A stretch of 64,000 nt of DNA from Roseibacillus sp. (GCA_002715825.1 PBAI01000011.1:9020-73019), one strand, 5' to 3'; shown: positions 20,143 through 29,662, counted from the stretch's first letter. Translations and numbers: made by a program. The notes: a model not told the origin generated them from the sequence alone.

Positions 20143-20982
20143 ATGGGAATCTTCACCAGCGATCAACTTACGGCGTTTAAAGAGGATGGATACCTGATTA
20201 TCCGGGGCTTATTCGGTGAGGAGGAAATCAGGCTTCTTGGAGAAACTGCTCGAAATGATCACGCCATGGATCAGGCGTCCTCCACCATGGATGATGGAGA
20301 AGGAAATAACGTCAGATTATCTCTTTGGAATCATCCGGGAGACGGGGTGTATGGGATGGTGGCCCGGTGCAGGCGAGTTGTGGACGGGGTGGAGGAGCTT
20401 CTCGGAGAAGAAGTCTATCATTATCATTCAAAGATGATTTTGAAGGACGCCAAAGTCGGAGGAGCCTGGGCCTGGCACCAGGATTATGGCTACTGGTATC
20501 AGAATGGCCTGCTTTTCCCCGACCTCGTGAGTGTGATGATCGCGGTTGATCCCGCAACACGGGAGAATGGCTGCCTGCAGGTTCTGCGTGGGTCTCATCG
20601 GATGGGGCGGGTTAACCATACGCTTTCCGGTGATCAGGCTGGTGCTGACATGGAGCAGGTAGATGAGGCCCGCCGGCGCCTTGAAACTGTTCATTGTGAA
20701 ATGTCGGCGGGTGACGCTCTCTTCTTCCATTCAAATACCCTGCACTGTTCTGCGGCAAATAATTCGGATCACTCGCGCTGGGCATTAATATGCTGCTACA
20801 ATACGAAAAGTAACGACCCCTTCAAAGACTCACATCATCCCGGATATACTCCGCTTTCCAAAGTTGATGATGAGATGGTACTTAAAGTGGGGCGGAATGA
20901 TGCGCAGCGCTCCAGTGTCGCCTTTGCGAATCTGGCAGACGAGGACCAAAGCGCGAAGAGCCTATCAAGCGAAGAAATGTGA
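20143..20982 (+). CDS. Phytanoyl-CoA dioxygenase (PhyH) family Fe(II)/2-oxoglutarate oxygenase
   Basis: MGIFTSDQLTAFKEDGYLIIRGLF, WHQDYGYW (HxD) and a distal FFHSNTLHCS histidine. ATG at 20143 is preferred to the track's TTG at 20116. Confidence 0.8.
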   Translation: MGIFTSDQLTAFKEDGYLIIRGLFGEEEIRLLGETARNDHAMDQASSTMDDGEGNNVRLSLWNHPGDGVYGMVARCRRVVDGVEELLGEEVYHYHSKMILKDAKVGGAWAWHQDYGYWYQNGLLFPDLVSVMIAVDPATRENGCLQVLRGSHRMGRVNHTLSGDQAGADMEQVDEARRRLETVHCEMSAGDALFFHSNTLHCSAANNSDHSRWALICCYNTKSNDPFKDSHHPGYTPLSKVDDEMVLKVGRNDAQRSSVAFANLADEDQSAKSLSSEEM

Positions 20983-21059
20983 CAGCTAGCGAGCAGCTCC
21001 GATAACTGTTGGCCGGGGGTCATCATTAAATACCAGAAACAAACCCAAATAGCAAAATC

Positions 21060-21881
21060 ATGAAACTTGGAATTATCAACAGCGCGTTCGACCAGGCAGG
21101 AGTCGATACGAAAACAGGACTAGAGCATGTTGCCCGGATCGGGTTTGACTCCGTGGATATATTTACTGAGGCGATGACCATCGAGCAGGAGGAAATCGAT
21201 CTTATCAGAGGGACGTGCGAGGATAATGATCTGCCCATCGTATCCACCGTAGTCGTTGCGGCCGGACTTGTTGACTTTAATGACCCCGTCCGGGATTACC
21301 ATGTCAAGAGGGCTAATCGATTCGTAGATCTCGGACAGACATTCAGTTCGAATAACCTTCTGCTGGTGCTTGGAGAGTATATCTGGCAGCGAGAAGTGAT
21401 CCCACCTGAAGCACAGTGGGAATGGGGAGTCGAAGGGGTTAGGAAAATCGGTGAGTATGCTGGCGAGCGAGGGATGGAGATTGCCCTCGAACTTGAACCG
21501 TTCAGGCTGAGCCTCCTCAACAGCGTTCCCAAGATGGCTCAGTTTATCGATGATTGTGGTCTGCCCAACGTAAAAGCCAATATTGATATCAGCCATCTCG
21601 TCCTGGCAGACACTCCGCCGGATGCGCTCGAGCTTCTCAGGGGAAAGGCGACTCATGTGCATATCAGTGACTGCGACGGCAAGGTGCATGGTGACCTTCC
21701 TCCCGGGCGGGGAGTGGTTAAGTTCGCACCTTACCTGCAAGCGATCAAGGACCTGGAGTTTGAGGGAGCAGTTTCGCTGGAGCTGGAGTATTCACCTGAT
21801 CCCGATAAGATCGTCGAGTGGGTCGAAGAGGCTTATAATGCAACGGACAGTCTCATGGAGCAAGTTGGGTTACGAGGCTAA
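21060..21881 (+). CDS. Sugar phosphate isomerase/epimerase (xylose isomerase-like TIM barrel) family protein
   Basis: 273 aa. Family-typical blocks IGFDSVDIF, IALELEP and HVHISDCDG. Confidence 0.8.
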   Translation: MKLGIINSAFDQAGVDTKTGLEHVARIGFDSVDIFTEAMTIEQEEIDLIRGTCEDNDLPIVSTVVVAAGLVDFNDPVRDYHVKRANRFVDLGQTFSSNNLLLVLGEYIWQREVIPPEAQWEWGVEGVRKIGEYAGERGMEIALELEPFRLSLLNSVPKMAQFIDDCGLPNVKANIDISHLVLADTPPDALELLRGKATHVHISDCDGKVHGDLPPGRGVVKFAPYLQAIKDLEFEGAVSLELEYSPDPDKIVEWVEEAYNATDSLMEQVGLRG

Positions 21882-21937
21882 CAAGGCTTTTGACCGGATG
21901 AGCTGGTGGAAAGAATTTCTTATTACGCCGAATCGAT

Positions 21938-23062
21938 ATGCCTGAAGATGATGATTACGGATTGAGTCCCACCAAGGAGATCACTGAGATCGATCCTCCA
22001 GAAGTTAATTACAGGCCCTCCACCCCGAGAAGCTATCGTCCTAAAATCGCAATAATCGGAACTGGAGGCATCAGCGAATTCCATTTGAAGGCTTATCGCA
22101 GGTGTGGTTACGAAGTTGTGGCTTTTATGAGTCGAACCCGGAGTAAGGCCGAAGCCAAGCGCGATGAGTTTTTCCCGGAGGCCGAGGTTTATGATGATTA
22201 TCGCGCCATTCTGGAGCGGAAGGATATTGAGGTGCTCGACATCACACCGCACCCTGCTGATAGATTGCCGATCGTGAGGGAAGCCCTCATGGCCGGAAAG
22301 CATGTGCTGAGCCAGAAGCCCTTCGTTCTCGACATGTCTGATGGTGAAGAGTTAGTGCAGATCGCGCAGGAGAATGGGGTCAAGCTTGCCGTGAACCAGA
22401 ATGGGCGCTGGGCACCTCATTTCGCTTACCTGCGAAACGCTGTGGCGGAAGGTGTCATTGGACGGGTGACTTCGGTAGATTTCAGTCTCCAGTGGGACCA
22501 GACATGGATCAAGGGAACGTCAGAATTTGAGAGTATCCACCATCTCGTCCTTTTTGATTTCGCAGTCCACTGGTTCGATATCACCAGTCAGATCATGGAC
22601 GGGCAGGATCCGATCCGGGTGCTGGCTTCGGCGGTTCGCTATGATGAACAGGTTTACGGGCCTCCCGCTCTGGCAGCCGCGATCGTGGAATACCCCGGGG
22701 CTCAGGTGCGTTTTTCCTTTAATGCTCATGCTACTCTTGGAGAAGAGGACGTGACCACCGTAGTGGGGACGAAGGGGACGCTGCGCACACGCGGACCAGG
22801 CCTTAACGATCAGTCAGAGATGGAAGTCTACCTTGAGAAAGGGCAGTGTAAGGTTCCACTCGAAAGTTGCTGGTTTGATGCCGGATTCGAGGGGACGATG
22901 GGGGAACTGCTTTGCGCCATTGAGGAAGATCGCGAACCGAACAACTCTGCGAGAAGCAATCTCAAGTCTCTGGAATTATGTTTCGCAGCACTGGCCTCGG
23001 CTGATACCGGTCGACCCGTGGAGGTGGGCTCGGTGCGGACCGTCTCAACCGGCCCGTCCTAG
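21938..23062 (+). CDS. Gfo/Idh/MocA family oxidoreductase
   Basis: Rossmann motif KIAIIGTGGISEFHLKAY and HVLSQKPF (EKP-like) motif; 374 aa. Confidence 0.85.
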   Translation: MPEDDDYGLSPTKEITEIDPPEVNYRPSTPRSYRPKIAIIGTGGISEFHLKAYRRCGYEVVAFMSRTRSKAEAKRDEFFPEAEVYDDYRAILERKDIEVLDITPHPADRLPIVREALMAGKHVLSQKPFVLDMSDGEELVQIAQENGVKLAVNQNGRWAPHFAYLRNAVAEGVIGRVTSVDFSLQWDQTWIKGTSEFESIHHLVLFDFAVHWFDITSQIMDGQDPIRVLASAVRYDEQVYGPPALAAAIVEYPGAQVRFSFNAHATLGEEDVTTVVGTKGTLRTRGPGLNDQSEMEVYLEKGQCKVPLESCWFDAGFEGTMGELLCAIEEDREPNNSARSNLKSLELCFAALASADTGRPVEVGSVRTVSTGPS

Positions 23063-23922
23063 TCTTCAGTCCGGGCAGTGCCAAAATCCTTTCCGGCCTG
23101 CTCTACGAGTGAGGCCTTGAAATCGTCTCCCTCGTAGACGAGTAGTCGGTAGCGGTAGGTGAGACTCTCTCCCATGGCGATCTTGATATCGCCACGTCTT
23201 GCAAGGGCTGGACCTATTCCAAACTGGCCGTCGATACGCCAGAGGGTGGGGTAGCCCGGATTCTCTGGATGATCGATCATAACAACATGGGCCATCTTAG
23301 CCATGCCTTCGATTTGCATGGCGAGGTCAACCCATTTGGCTGATTTTCCTTCTCCCTGCTGGTTTCTGTGTCCCTCGCTGTTGAGGCAAGCAGCCTTGAT
23401 TCCTCGTTTCCAAGGCATGCGCAGAAAGAGTCCCCCATAGGAATACTTGCCGATGGTGACATCCTGCAGTGCGGTGCCAGTCCACTTGAGATCGAGTATG
23501 TAATGGTCCTTCCCCGGAGAGTAATGCCACTGCTGCAGGTCTCCGAGAATCGGGGTTCCCTTGCCGTCAAGAAGCTGGGAATGGAATTCCATGGCGTTTT
23601 CACCCCGACGATTTTGAAGGTGCTTCCAATGGTCTGCCTTGTAATTATGAAAGTAGTCGCGCCTGTTTATTCGTGTCTGGCCCCAGTAAAGCCCGGTCTG
23701 GTGTTTGTGGTGTCCGGGCGAAAACTGGGTGAGGACGTGTTTTCCATCTGGTGACCGGAGTGGGTGAATGTAGGGGCGTGTGTGATTCTTGCTGTCCCCC
23801 TGCTCTACGATAACATGTCCATTCGTGGTATTTGGGATGCCCACAGGCTCATTCACGGTGACGGTTTTTTCCGCCATGCAGAGACAAGGGATGAGGAAGC
23901 TCAGAATAATTTTTCGGATCAT
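23059..23922 (-). CDS. DUF6807 (so-called PmoA-family) protein, secreted
   Basis: Signal peptide. RPYIHPLRSPDG...LTQFSPGHHKHQTGLYWG is typical of the DUF6807 family, which is often found next to Gfo/Idh/MocA genes in PVC genomes. Confidence 0.7.
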   Translation of the reverse strand: MIRKIILSFLIPCLCMAEKTVTVNEPVGIPNTTNGHVIVEQGDSKNHTRPYIHPLRSPDGKHVLTQFSPGHHKHQTGLYWGQTRINRRDYFHNYKADHWKHLQNRRGENAMEFHSQLLDGKGTPILGDLQQWHYSPGKDHYILDLKWTGTALQDVTIGKYSYGGLFLRMPWKRGIKAACLNSEGHRNQQGEGKSAKWVDLAMQIEGMAKMAHVVMIDHPENPGYPTLWRIDGQFGIGPALARRGDIKIAMGESLTYRYRLLVYEGDDFKASLVEQAGKDFGTARTED

Positions 23923-23929
23923 GGTAGTA

Positions 23930-25363
23930 TCAGGTCAGGATTCCTTTTACAGGATGTGCGGGTTCGACCCCGGTAATTTTTTCGTCCAGCCCGCGATAGG
24001 GAAAGATGAGACGGTTGTGGTCAATACCCAGTTGATGAAGAATGGTAGCATTAAGATCACGGATGTGGACGGGATCCTTCTTCACGCTCCAGCAGTAGTC
24101 ATCGGTTTCCCCGTAGGTGATCCCTCCCTTGATGCCGCCTCCCGCCATCCAGATTGAAAAGGCCCGTCCGTGGTGATCCCTGCCTGCTCCGGAGCTGTCA
24201 AGCTGGCCTTGTTGATAGACGGTTCGACCAAATTCGCCACCCCAGATCACCAGTGTTTCGTCGAGTAGTCCTCGTTTCTCAAGATCAAGGACCAGTGCCG
24301 CTGAGGGCTGGTCGGTATCCTGGCATTGGCGGGGCAGCTGGGACTGCAGTGCGATGTGCTGGTCCCAGCCACGATGGAAGAGCTGAACACAGCGGACTCC
24401 ACGTTCTACGAGACGTCGAGCCATGAGGCAGTTGGCAGCATAGGTACCTGGTTTCCGTGATTCTGGTCCATAGAGGTCGAAGGTGGAATCAGGCTCCTTG
24501 CTTAAGTCGGTGAGCTCCGGAACGCTGGCCTGCATGCGGTAGGACATCTCATAGGCCTGAATACGGGCCAAGGTTTCCGGGTCACCAGACTGCTGTGCGA
24601 ATGCCTGATTGAGTCGCGCGAGGTCGTCAAGTTGGCCACGTCGCTGCGAGCGGCTGATTCCCGGGGGATTATCCAGATAAAGAACAGGATCTGCACCAGC
24701 TCGCAGGAGAACGCCCTGGTGCTCAGAAGGAAGAAACCCGCTGCCCCAGAGGCGCGAATAGATTGGTTGTCCCGGATTCTTCCCTGTGCCCTGGCTGAGC
24801 ATGACCATGTAGGCTGGGAAATTCTCCGTTTCGCTACCCAGTCCGTAGCTGAGCCATGCCCCGAGACTCGCCTTACCCAGCTGCATAGTTCCCGTGTTGA
24901 TGAAGGTTATCGCTGGATCATGGTTGATAGCCTCCGTATTCATCGAACGCACCACACAGATTTTGTTGGCGATCTTCTGAGTCCACGGCAGGAGATCGGA
25001 GATCCATGCGCCGGCGGGTCCGCATTGCCTGATTGGAGCCACAGGTTTTGCGACAGGGAAATTTTTCATGCCGGCGGTCATGCCGGTGACACGTTGTTCA
25101 CCTTTGACCTCCGGGGGCAGATGTTTGCCGTGGTTCTTTATGAGAAAGGGGGATCCGTCAAAGAGGTCAATGTGAGAAGGACCCCCCGACTGGAACATGT
25201 AAATGACGTGTTTGGCTTTCGGTGCCAGCTGAAAGGCAGGGTGAGGAGAGTTACTTGTATCTCCCCTCGCCATCATGGCGGTCAGAGCTGCCGCTCCGAA
25301 ACTGTTACCCGCAGTTCCGAGAAAGGCACGGCGATTCAGCATCGTGGAAAGATCGGTTATCAT
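23930..25363 (-). CDS. DUF1501 domain protein, Tat signal
   Basis: NRRAFLGTAG. SGGPSHIDLFDG, WGGEFGRT and GRDHHG motifs. Confidence 0.9.
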   Translation of the reverse strand: MITDLSTMLNRRAFLGTAGNSFGAAALTAMMARGDTSNSPHPAFQLAPKAKHVIYMFQSGGPSHIDLFDGSPFLIKNHGKHLPPEVKGEQRVTGMTAGMKNFPVAKPVAPIRQCGPAGAWISDLLPWTQKIANKICVVRSMNTEAINHDPAITFINTGTMQLGKASLGAWLSYGLGSETENFPAYMVMLSQGTGKNPGQPIYSRLWGSGFLPSEHQGVLLRAGADPVLYLDNPPGISRSQRRGQLDDLARLNQAFAQQSGDPETLARIQAYEMSYRMQASVPELTDLSKEPDSTFDLYGPESRKPGTYAANCLMARRLVERGVRCVQLFHRGWDQHIALQSQLPRQCQDTDQPSAALVLDLEKRGLLDETLVIWGGEFGRTVYQQGQLDSSGAGRDHHGRAFSIWMAGGGIKGGITYGETDDYCWSVKKDPVHIRDLNATILHQLGIDHNRLIFPYRGLDEKITGVEPAHPVKGILT

Positions 25364-25364
25364 A

Positions 25365-28300
25365 TCATCTTCTGGTTACGGATTCCGAAAGATTCAAGAG
25401 CAGGCCGCAAATATTCGTCCAAGCAGCGTGTTCAGCCGCTGGAAGGGTGGGATCAGGAAGTGATTCTCCTACCGCAATAAGGCTTTGTGCCCCCGATATA
25501 TCGTTGAGGTAGCGGGTTCTCTCGCGGGCGATAGCGATTTCTAGGATGGCCAGCTCCTCTGGATCTGGTGGCCGTGAAGTTACGTGCTCGAAAGCTCGCC
25601 GCAGACGTTCCTGATCGGATCCGTCTCTGGAGAGAAGTTGCTGAGCGAGGACCCTTGAAGCCTCAACGTATTGAGGATCATTCATGAGAATAAAGGCCTG
25701 AAGGGGGGTATTGGTCACTCCGCGTCCAGTGATACAGGCCTCTCGATTGGGAGCATCAAAAGCTGCCATTGCGGGCGGAGGCAGGGTTCGCTTCCAGTAA
25801 GTGTAAATCGACCGACGATAAAGGTTTTCCCCATGGTCCTGAACGTAGGTCTGTGATGTGGCAGGGGTTGATCCGTAATGACTGACCTGCCTCCAGAGAT
25901 CTCCAGGATGATAGGGTTTTACGCTGGGGCCGCCGATTCGTCTGACAAGAAGCCCAGAGGTCGCAAGAGCGTGATCCCGTATCATCTCAGCTGAAAGGCG
26001 AAAGCGAGGACCCCGTGCGAGGAATTCGTTCAGAGGATCTCGCTCGAGGAGTTCGGCGGTGGTGTTTGAGCTTTGGCGGTAGGTGCGAGAGGTGACAATT
26101 GTTCGGATCAGGCCCTTTACGTCCCATCCGGAATTTTGGAATGTGAGTGCCAGCCAATCAAGCAGTTCCGGATGGGTCGGCCATTCTCCCTGAGTTCCAA
26201 AGTCGGCACTTGTTTTTACAATTCCGCGACCGAAGAGCATTTGCCAGAACCGATTGACCGCGACCCGGCTGGTGAGGGGATGATCAGGCCGCACCAGCCA
26301 GCGGGCGAGATCCAACCTGTTGAGATCGCGATCAGCCGGAACCTCCAGAGGGGGAAGGAATGCGGGAACACCCGGTTTGACGGCCTGTCTCTTGTCCGCA
26401 TAAAACCCTCTCTCGAGAACGTGGGTGACCCGTGGTTTTTGAGATGTGTTCATCACCATGATGCGGTGATTTCCGGTCAGGACCTCGAGTCGTCTCTGCA
26501 GGTTGGAGACTTGGTGCCTCGCAGGAGATTTTGCGCTGCTGTGAGCATTAAAATAATCACGAATGAATTCAATCTGTTCGCTCGTTCTGTCCTCCGGTGC
26601 AAGAGTGATAGCTTCTCTGAGCGCTGTCGGCAGCATGGAGGTATCGTCCGCACCCTTGATCAGGGCGAGGCGGAACTTTTTGGGAGAGGCTCCTTCCCCG
26701 TAATTGAATACGAGCTCAGTCGTTAGATAGGGTTGATTGACCGTATCGACAGGTTCCTTGAAAGTGACGGTCAGGTGCTGCTGCTGGTTCACCTCGGAAA
26801 GGGCTGGGGCCCAGCCAGTGCGGCGGCTTGTGTCATGCACTGACTCAGGACGAAATCCGGGTTTGAAGGATGAAGCGGTGACGCGTTGGTAGGGGGTTGC
26901 AGTATTGAGATCTATATTTTTGGCAGGAAAGGGGTTGAAGCACGGTGTGATAGTGCTCATTACGAATCCCCCGGGCATTGATTTACCCCCGAAGCCAATC
27001 TTGCCTTTGTTCGCAGGTTCGAAGATCACACGTAATCCGGTAACGACTCCTGTTCCTTCTGGAATGCGACAGCAGACATTGTAGGCCGAGAAATCTCCAC
27101 CTGCAGCCTCAACCGATTCATCGCTCTTCACTTGAATCCGGTTGGGATCACCGTTGGGTAAAGTGGCGGTCAGGTGATCAAGAGAGATCAGCTGAAAGTC
27201 CCTGCCGGTGCGCTTTAAGTCGTTCAGGACGTCTTCCTCCCACTGGGCCTGTAAGGTTGGTTTCGGGGCGGCAAGTTCCCGTTCTGCCTGTTCAAGTTCC
27301 TTTTGAATGGAAGCCACTTCAAGATCAGTCGCAAGAGGTGTCTTGGTCTGAATGAATGGGCGCGGATTCACCCCGCGATCTCCGTCATGGCCGTGGTCGT
27401 CAAGAGTATTGAAGAACGCGAACAGCTTGTAGTATTCCACCTGCTTCAGGGGATCGTATTTATGGTCATGGCACTGACCACACCCGGTGGTGAGGCCCAT
27501 GATGGATTCTCCCGTTGTTTTTACCCGATCGACCACGTAGTTAACCAAATTTTCCTCTCCAATAGTTCCACCCTCGTGGGTAACCGAGTGATGTCGGTTG
27601 TATGCCGTTGCGATTAGCTGACTGTTAGATGGTTTTTCAAGTAGGTCGCCAGCCAACTGCTCAATTAGAAACTGATCGTAGGGCATGTTATCGTTGAAGG
27701 CCTTGATGACCCAGTCCCGCCAGAGCCAGGCATCACGCCCTCCATCGATTGAGTATCCATTGGTGTCGGCATAGCGGGAAGCATCCAGCCACGGTAGTGC
27801 CAGTTGCTCTCCGAAGTGAGGAGAGTTTAGCAGCCGGGTGACAAGATTTTCGTAGGCGCTATCTTTTTTGTCCGAGAGGAAATCCGCGATTTGTTGTTCC
27901 GAGGGAGGGAGACCGGTTAAATCGAGATGAAGACGCCGGGCGAGAGTGCGCCGATCAGCCTCCGGGCTGAACCTTAATTTCTCTTTGGTAAGACGGGATG
28001 CTACAAATCGGTCGATAGGATTTTTTTCTTCTACCGCAGGAAGAGCCGGTAGCACAGGAGTGGTAAATGACCAGTGACCCTCGTATTTCGCTCCTTGTTG
28101 AATCCACTCCCGAATGAGATTTTTCTCTTCCGTGCTAAGTTCCTTGTGGGACTCAGGTGGAGGCATGATCTCGTCAGGGTCATCGCTGACAAGGCGTTCC
28201 CAGAGCATGGATTCCTCCGGGTTGCCTGCCCGTATAACGGGTTCATCACTCGCGCCTCCTGTGAGAAACCCGTCTGCAGTGTCGAGGCGGAGTTTTGCCT

Positions 28301-28445
28301 TGCGCTCGTGCTTGTCAGGTCCATGGCAGGTAAAGCAATTCCGCGCCAATATCGGTTGGATATCGCGATTGAATCGGACTTCCACTGCTTCACCGTGACA
28401 TGGCAGGGTGAGCAACAAAAAGATGGGCAGGCGCTCCCAGTTCAT
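25365..28445 (-). CDS. Planctomycete cytochrome c / DUF1549 / unassigned ~400-aa insert / DUF1553 protein
   Basis: ATG at 28445 gives the signal peptide MNWERLPIFLLLTLPCHGEA; the track's extension to 28619 has no signal-like sequence. CFTCH, LTGLPPSEQQIADFL, CGQCHDHKYDP, HPLTSRVAVNRFW and HPELLDWLA motifs. Confidence 0.88.
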   Translation of the reverse strand: MNWERLPIFLLLTLPCHGEAVEVRFNRDIQPILARNCFTCHGPDKHERKAKLRLDTADGFLTGGASDEPVIRAGNPEESMLWERLVSDDPDEIMPPPESHKELSTEEKNLIREWIQQGAKYEGHWSFTTPVLPALPAVEEKNPIDRFVASRLTKEKLRFSPEADRRTLARRLHLDLTGLPPSEQQIADFLSDKKDSAYENLVTRLLNSPHFGEQLALPWLDASRYADTNGYSIDGGRDAWLWRDWVIKAFNDNMPYDQFLIEQLAGDLLEKPSNSQLIATAYNRHHSVTHEGGTIGEENLVNYVVDRVKTTGESIMGLTTGCGQCHDHKYDPLKQVEYYKLFAFFNTLDDHGHDGDRGVNPRPFIQTKTPLATDLEVASIQKELEQAERELAAPKPTLQAQWEEDVLNDLKRTGRDFQLISLDHLTATLPNGDPNRIQVKSDESVEAAGGDFSAYNVCCRIPEGTGVVTGLRVIFEPANKGKIGFGGKSMPGGFVMSTITPCFNPFPAKNIDLNTATPYQRVTASSFKPGFRPESVHDTSRRTGWAPALSEVNQQQHLTVTFKEPVDTVNQPYLTTELVFNYGEGASPKKFRLALIKGADDTSMLPTALREAITLAPEDRTSEQIEFIRDYFNAHSSAKSPARHQVSNLQRRLEVLTGNHRIMVMNTSQKPRVTHVLERGFYADKRQAVKPGVPAFLPPLEVPADRDLNRLDLARWLVRPDHPLTSRVAVNRFWQMLFGRGIVKTSADFGTQGEWPTHPELLDWLALTFQNSGWDVKGLIRTIVTSRTYRQSSNTTAELLERDPLNEFLARGPRFRLSAEMIRDHALATSGLLVRRIGGPSVKPYHPGDLWRQVSHYGSTPATSQTYVQDHGENLYRRSIYTYWKRTLPPPAMAAFDAPNREACITGRGVTNTPLQAFILMNDPQYVEASRVLAQQLLSRDGSDQERLRRAFEHVTSRPPDPEELAILEIAIARERTRYLNDISGAQSLIAVGESLPDPTLPAAEHAAWTNICGLLLNLSESVTRR

Positions 28446-28592
28446 AGATGCGTCTCCGGATGCAAACATGAGAGGGGAGGGGTGACAAGCCGGGGAGACA
28501 TTCTGTTTAGAACAGAGGGACGAGAGAACTGGGAGGCGCGCATGTTCGATTTCCGCTTGGCACCCTCCCGCCCTCCTGAGATGCTGCAAGAG

Positions 28593-29519
28593 ATGCACCT
28601 TAAGTGCAAATGCCCGCATTGCGGAACGAAGATTCGTTATTTGGTCGAGCTCTCAAGCGGGTTTGCCCACTGCCCGGGGTGCAAGACGCAGTTCCAGCTG
28701 CCTGATGCTCCACCGGGGGTTCCCAGAATGGCAAGTCGAAGCCCCTTGGAAGAGCGCTCCGCTGCGGCTCGAGCAGGGAGAGCTGGGGACAGAATGGGTC
28801 GAATGGGAGCTATGAGCCTTGCCCTCACCGACCCGATGAATTCGCAGCCTGCTGCGATGAAGTCGATGGGGAAGGAGACGATGTTGACATGGGGATTTCT
28901 ATTGTGGATAGCATTCCCGATTACAGGGTGGCTGGCATTTTGGAGAGGGACGAATGTTCTAAGCAGGCATCTCTTTGGTAGTGTCCTGGAGGTTGCCGGG
29001 AATTCTGGTCCGGGCGCATCAGGAAGTGCAAAAGCAGCTGATCACATAGCGGTGGGTGCAGAGCTTCTAGTTTTTGCACTCCTCCTTCTCGGAGTTCTGA
29101 TTATCCTCAATATTCTGCACGGAAGACGGGTGTCCGTTCGTGAAGTTCTTTTTACCGCGGCTCTGGCACTCCTTCCATTCGTGGGTCTCTCGCTCTATTT
29201 CTCCATGCTCTCGTTTGTCGACCTGAAGTCTCCGGAAGCAGGTGAAGCTCTCGGCCATCTCACGATGTTCGTGACACTGCTTGCCTTAAGCAGTTTCTTT
29301 CTCCTTCTCTTTTCCTCGATTACAAGAGTGATTGGATTTTCGCGGAAGGCAGGGTTCTGGTTAGTCCCGGGTAGTCTCATTGTTGTATTCGTCCTTTTCA
29401 CGTGGATTACCAAGTTGACTGGCGAAATCAGCCAGAAGGGAGGAAAAAGTGGAGCAACGGTGCCACTGCATGTCGATGTCTGCTGGAATGGCTCCAGTCA
29501 TCCTCGGTCACCCAAATAG
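28593..29519 (+). CDS. Zinc-ribbon (CxxC...CxxC) multi-pass membrane protein, function unknown
   Basis: MHLKCKCPHCGTKIRY...HCPGCKTQFQLP followed by about five hydrophobic helices. The start could be ATG 28542, 28581 or 28593. The part of the track ORF from 28074 overlaps the opposite-strand gene and is discounted. Confidence 0.6.
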   Translation: MHLKCKCPHCGTKIRYLVELSSGFAHCPGCKTQFQLPDAPPGVPRMASRSPLEERSAAARAGRAGDRMGRMGAMSLALTDPMNSQPAAMKSMGKETMLTWGFLLWIAFPITGWLAFWRGTNVLSRHLFGSVLEVAGNSGPGASGSAKAADHIAVGAELLVFALLLLGVLIILNILHGRRVSVREVLFTAALALLPFVGLSLYFSMLSFVDLKSPEAGEALGHLTMFVTLLALSSFFLLLFSSITRVIGFSRKAGFWLVPGSLIVVFVLFTWITKLTGEISQKGGKSGATVPLHVDVCWNGSSHPRSPK

Positions 29520-29662
29520 GCCAAAACCTTCAGAATGCCCCAGATAATTTGTTCTATCCGGCATTCCTGACCCGTATTGATCGCAGGTAGATGAATTCGC
29601 AGTTTGACCGCAAGGCTCTTTTCCTGTGGCTTTGGGGTAACTGACTGAGTTCCACCAAAATC

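Noticed and set aside
23059-23062. Convergent genes share overlapping stop codons (CTAG: TAG on both strands).
   Set aside because: This is real but probably just compact genome organisation. It leaves no room for a terminator, but I cannot attach a specific function to it.
23059-23922. The 'PmoA family' label could suggest a particulate methane monooxygenase subunit.
   Set aside because: The protein is a soluble secreted ~287-aa protein with a single signal peptide and no multi-pass membrane topology. No pmoB or pmoC is nearby, so the label is a family misnomer (DUF6807).
28074-28592. The N-terminal ~170 codons of the track's 481-aa plus-strand ORF.
   Set aside because: This stretch lies entirely antisense to the well-supported DUF1549/1553 gene (25365-28445) and has no recognisable features. 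The zinc-ribbon protein plausibly starts at one of the ATGs at 28542-28593, in the intergenic region.
28446-28619. A 58-codon N-terminal extension of the 1084-aa ORF.
   Set aside because: The extension has no signal-peptide character. ATG 28445 gives MNWERLPIFLLLTLPCHGEA immediately followed by the cytochrome c domain, as in the paralogues.
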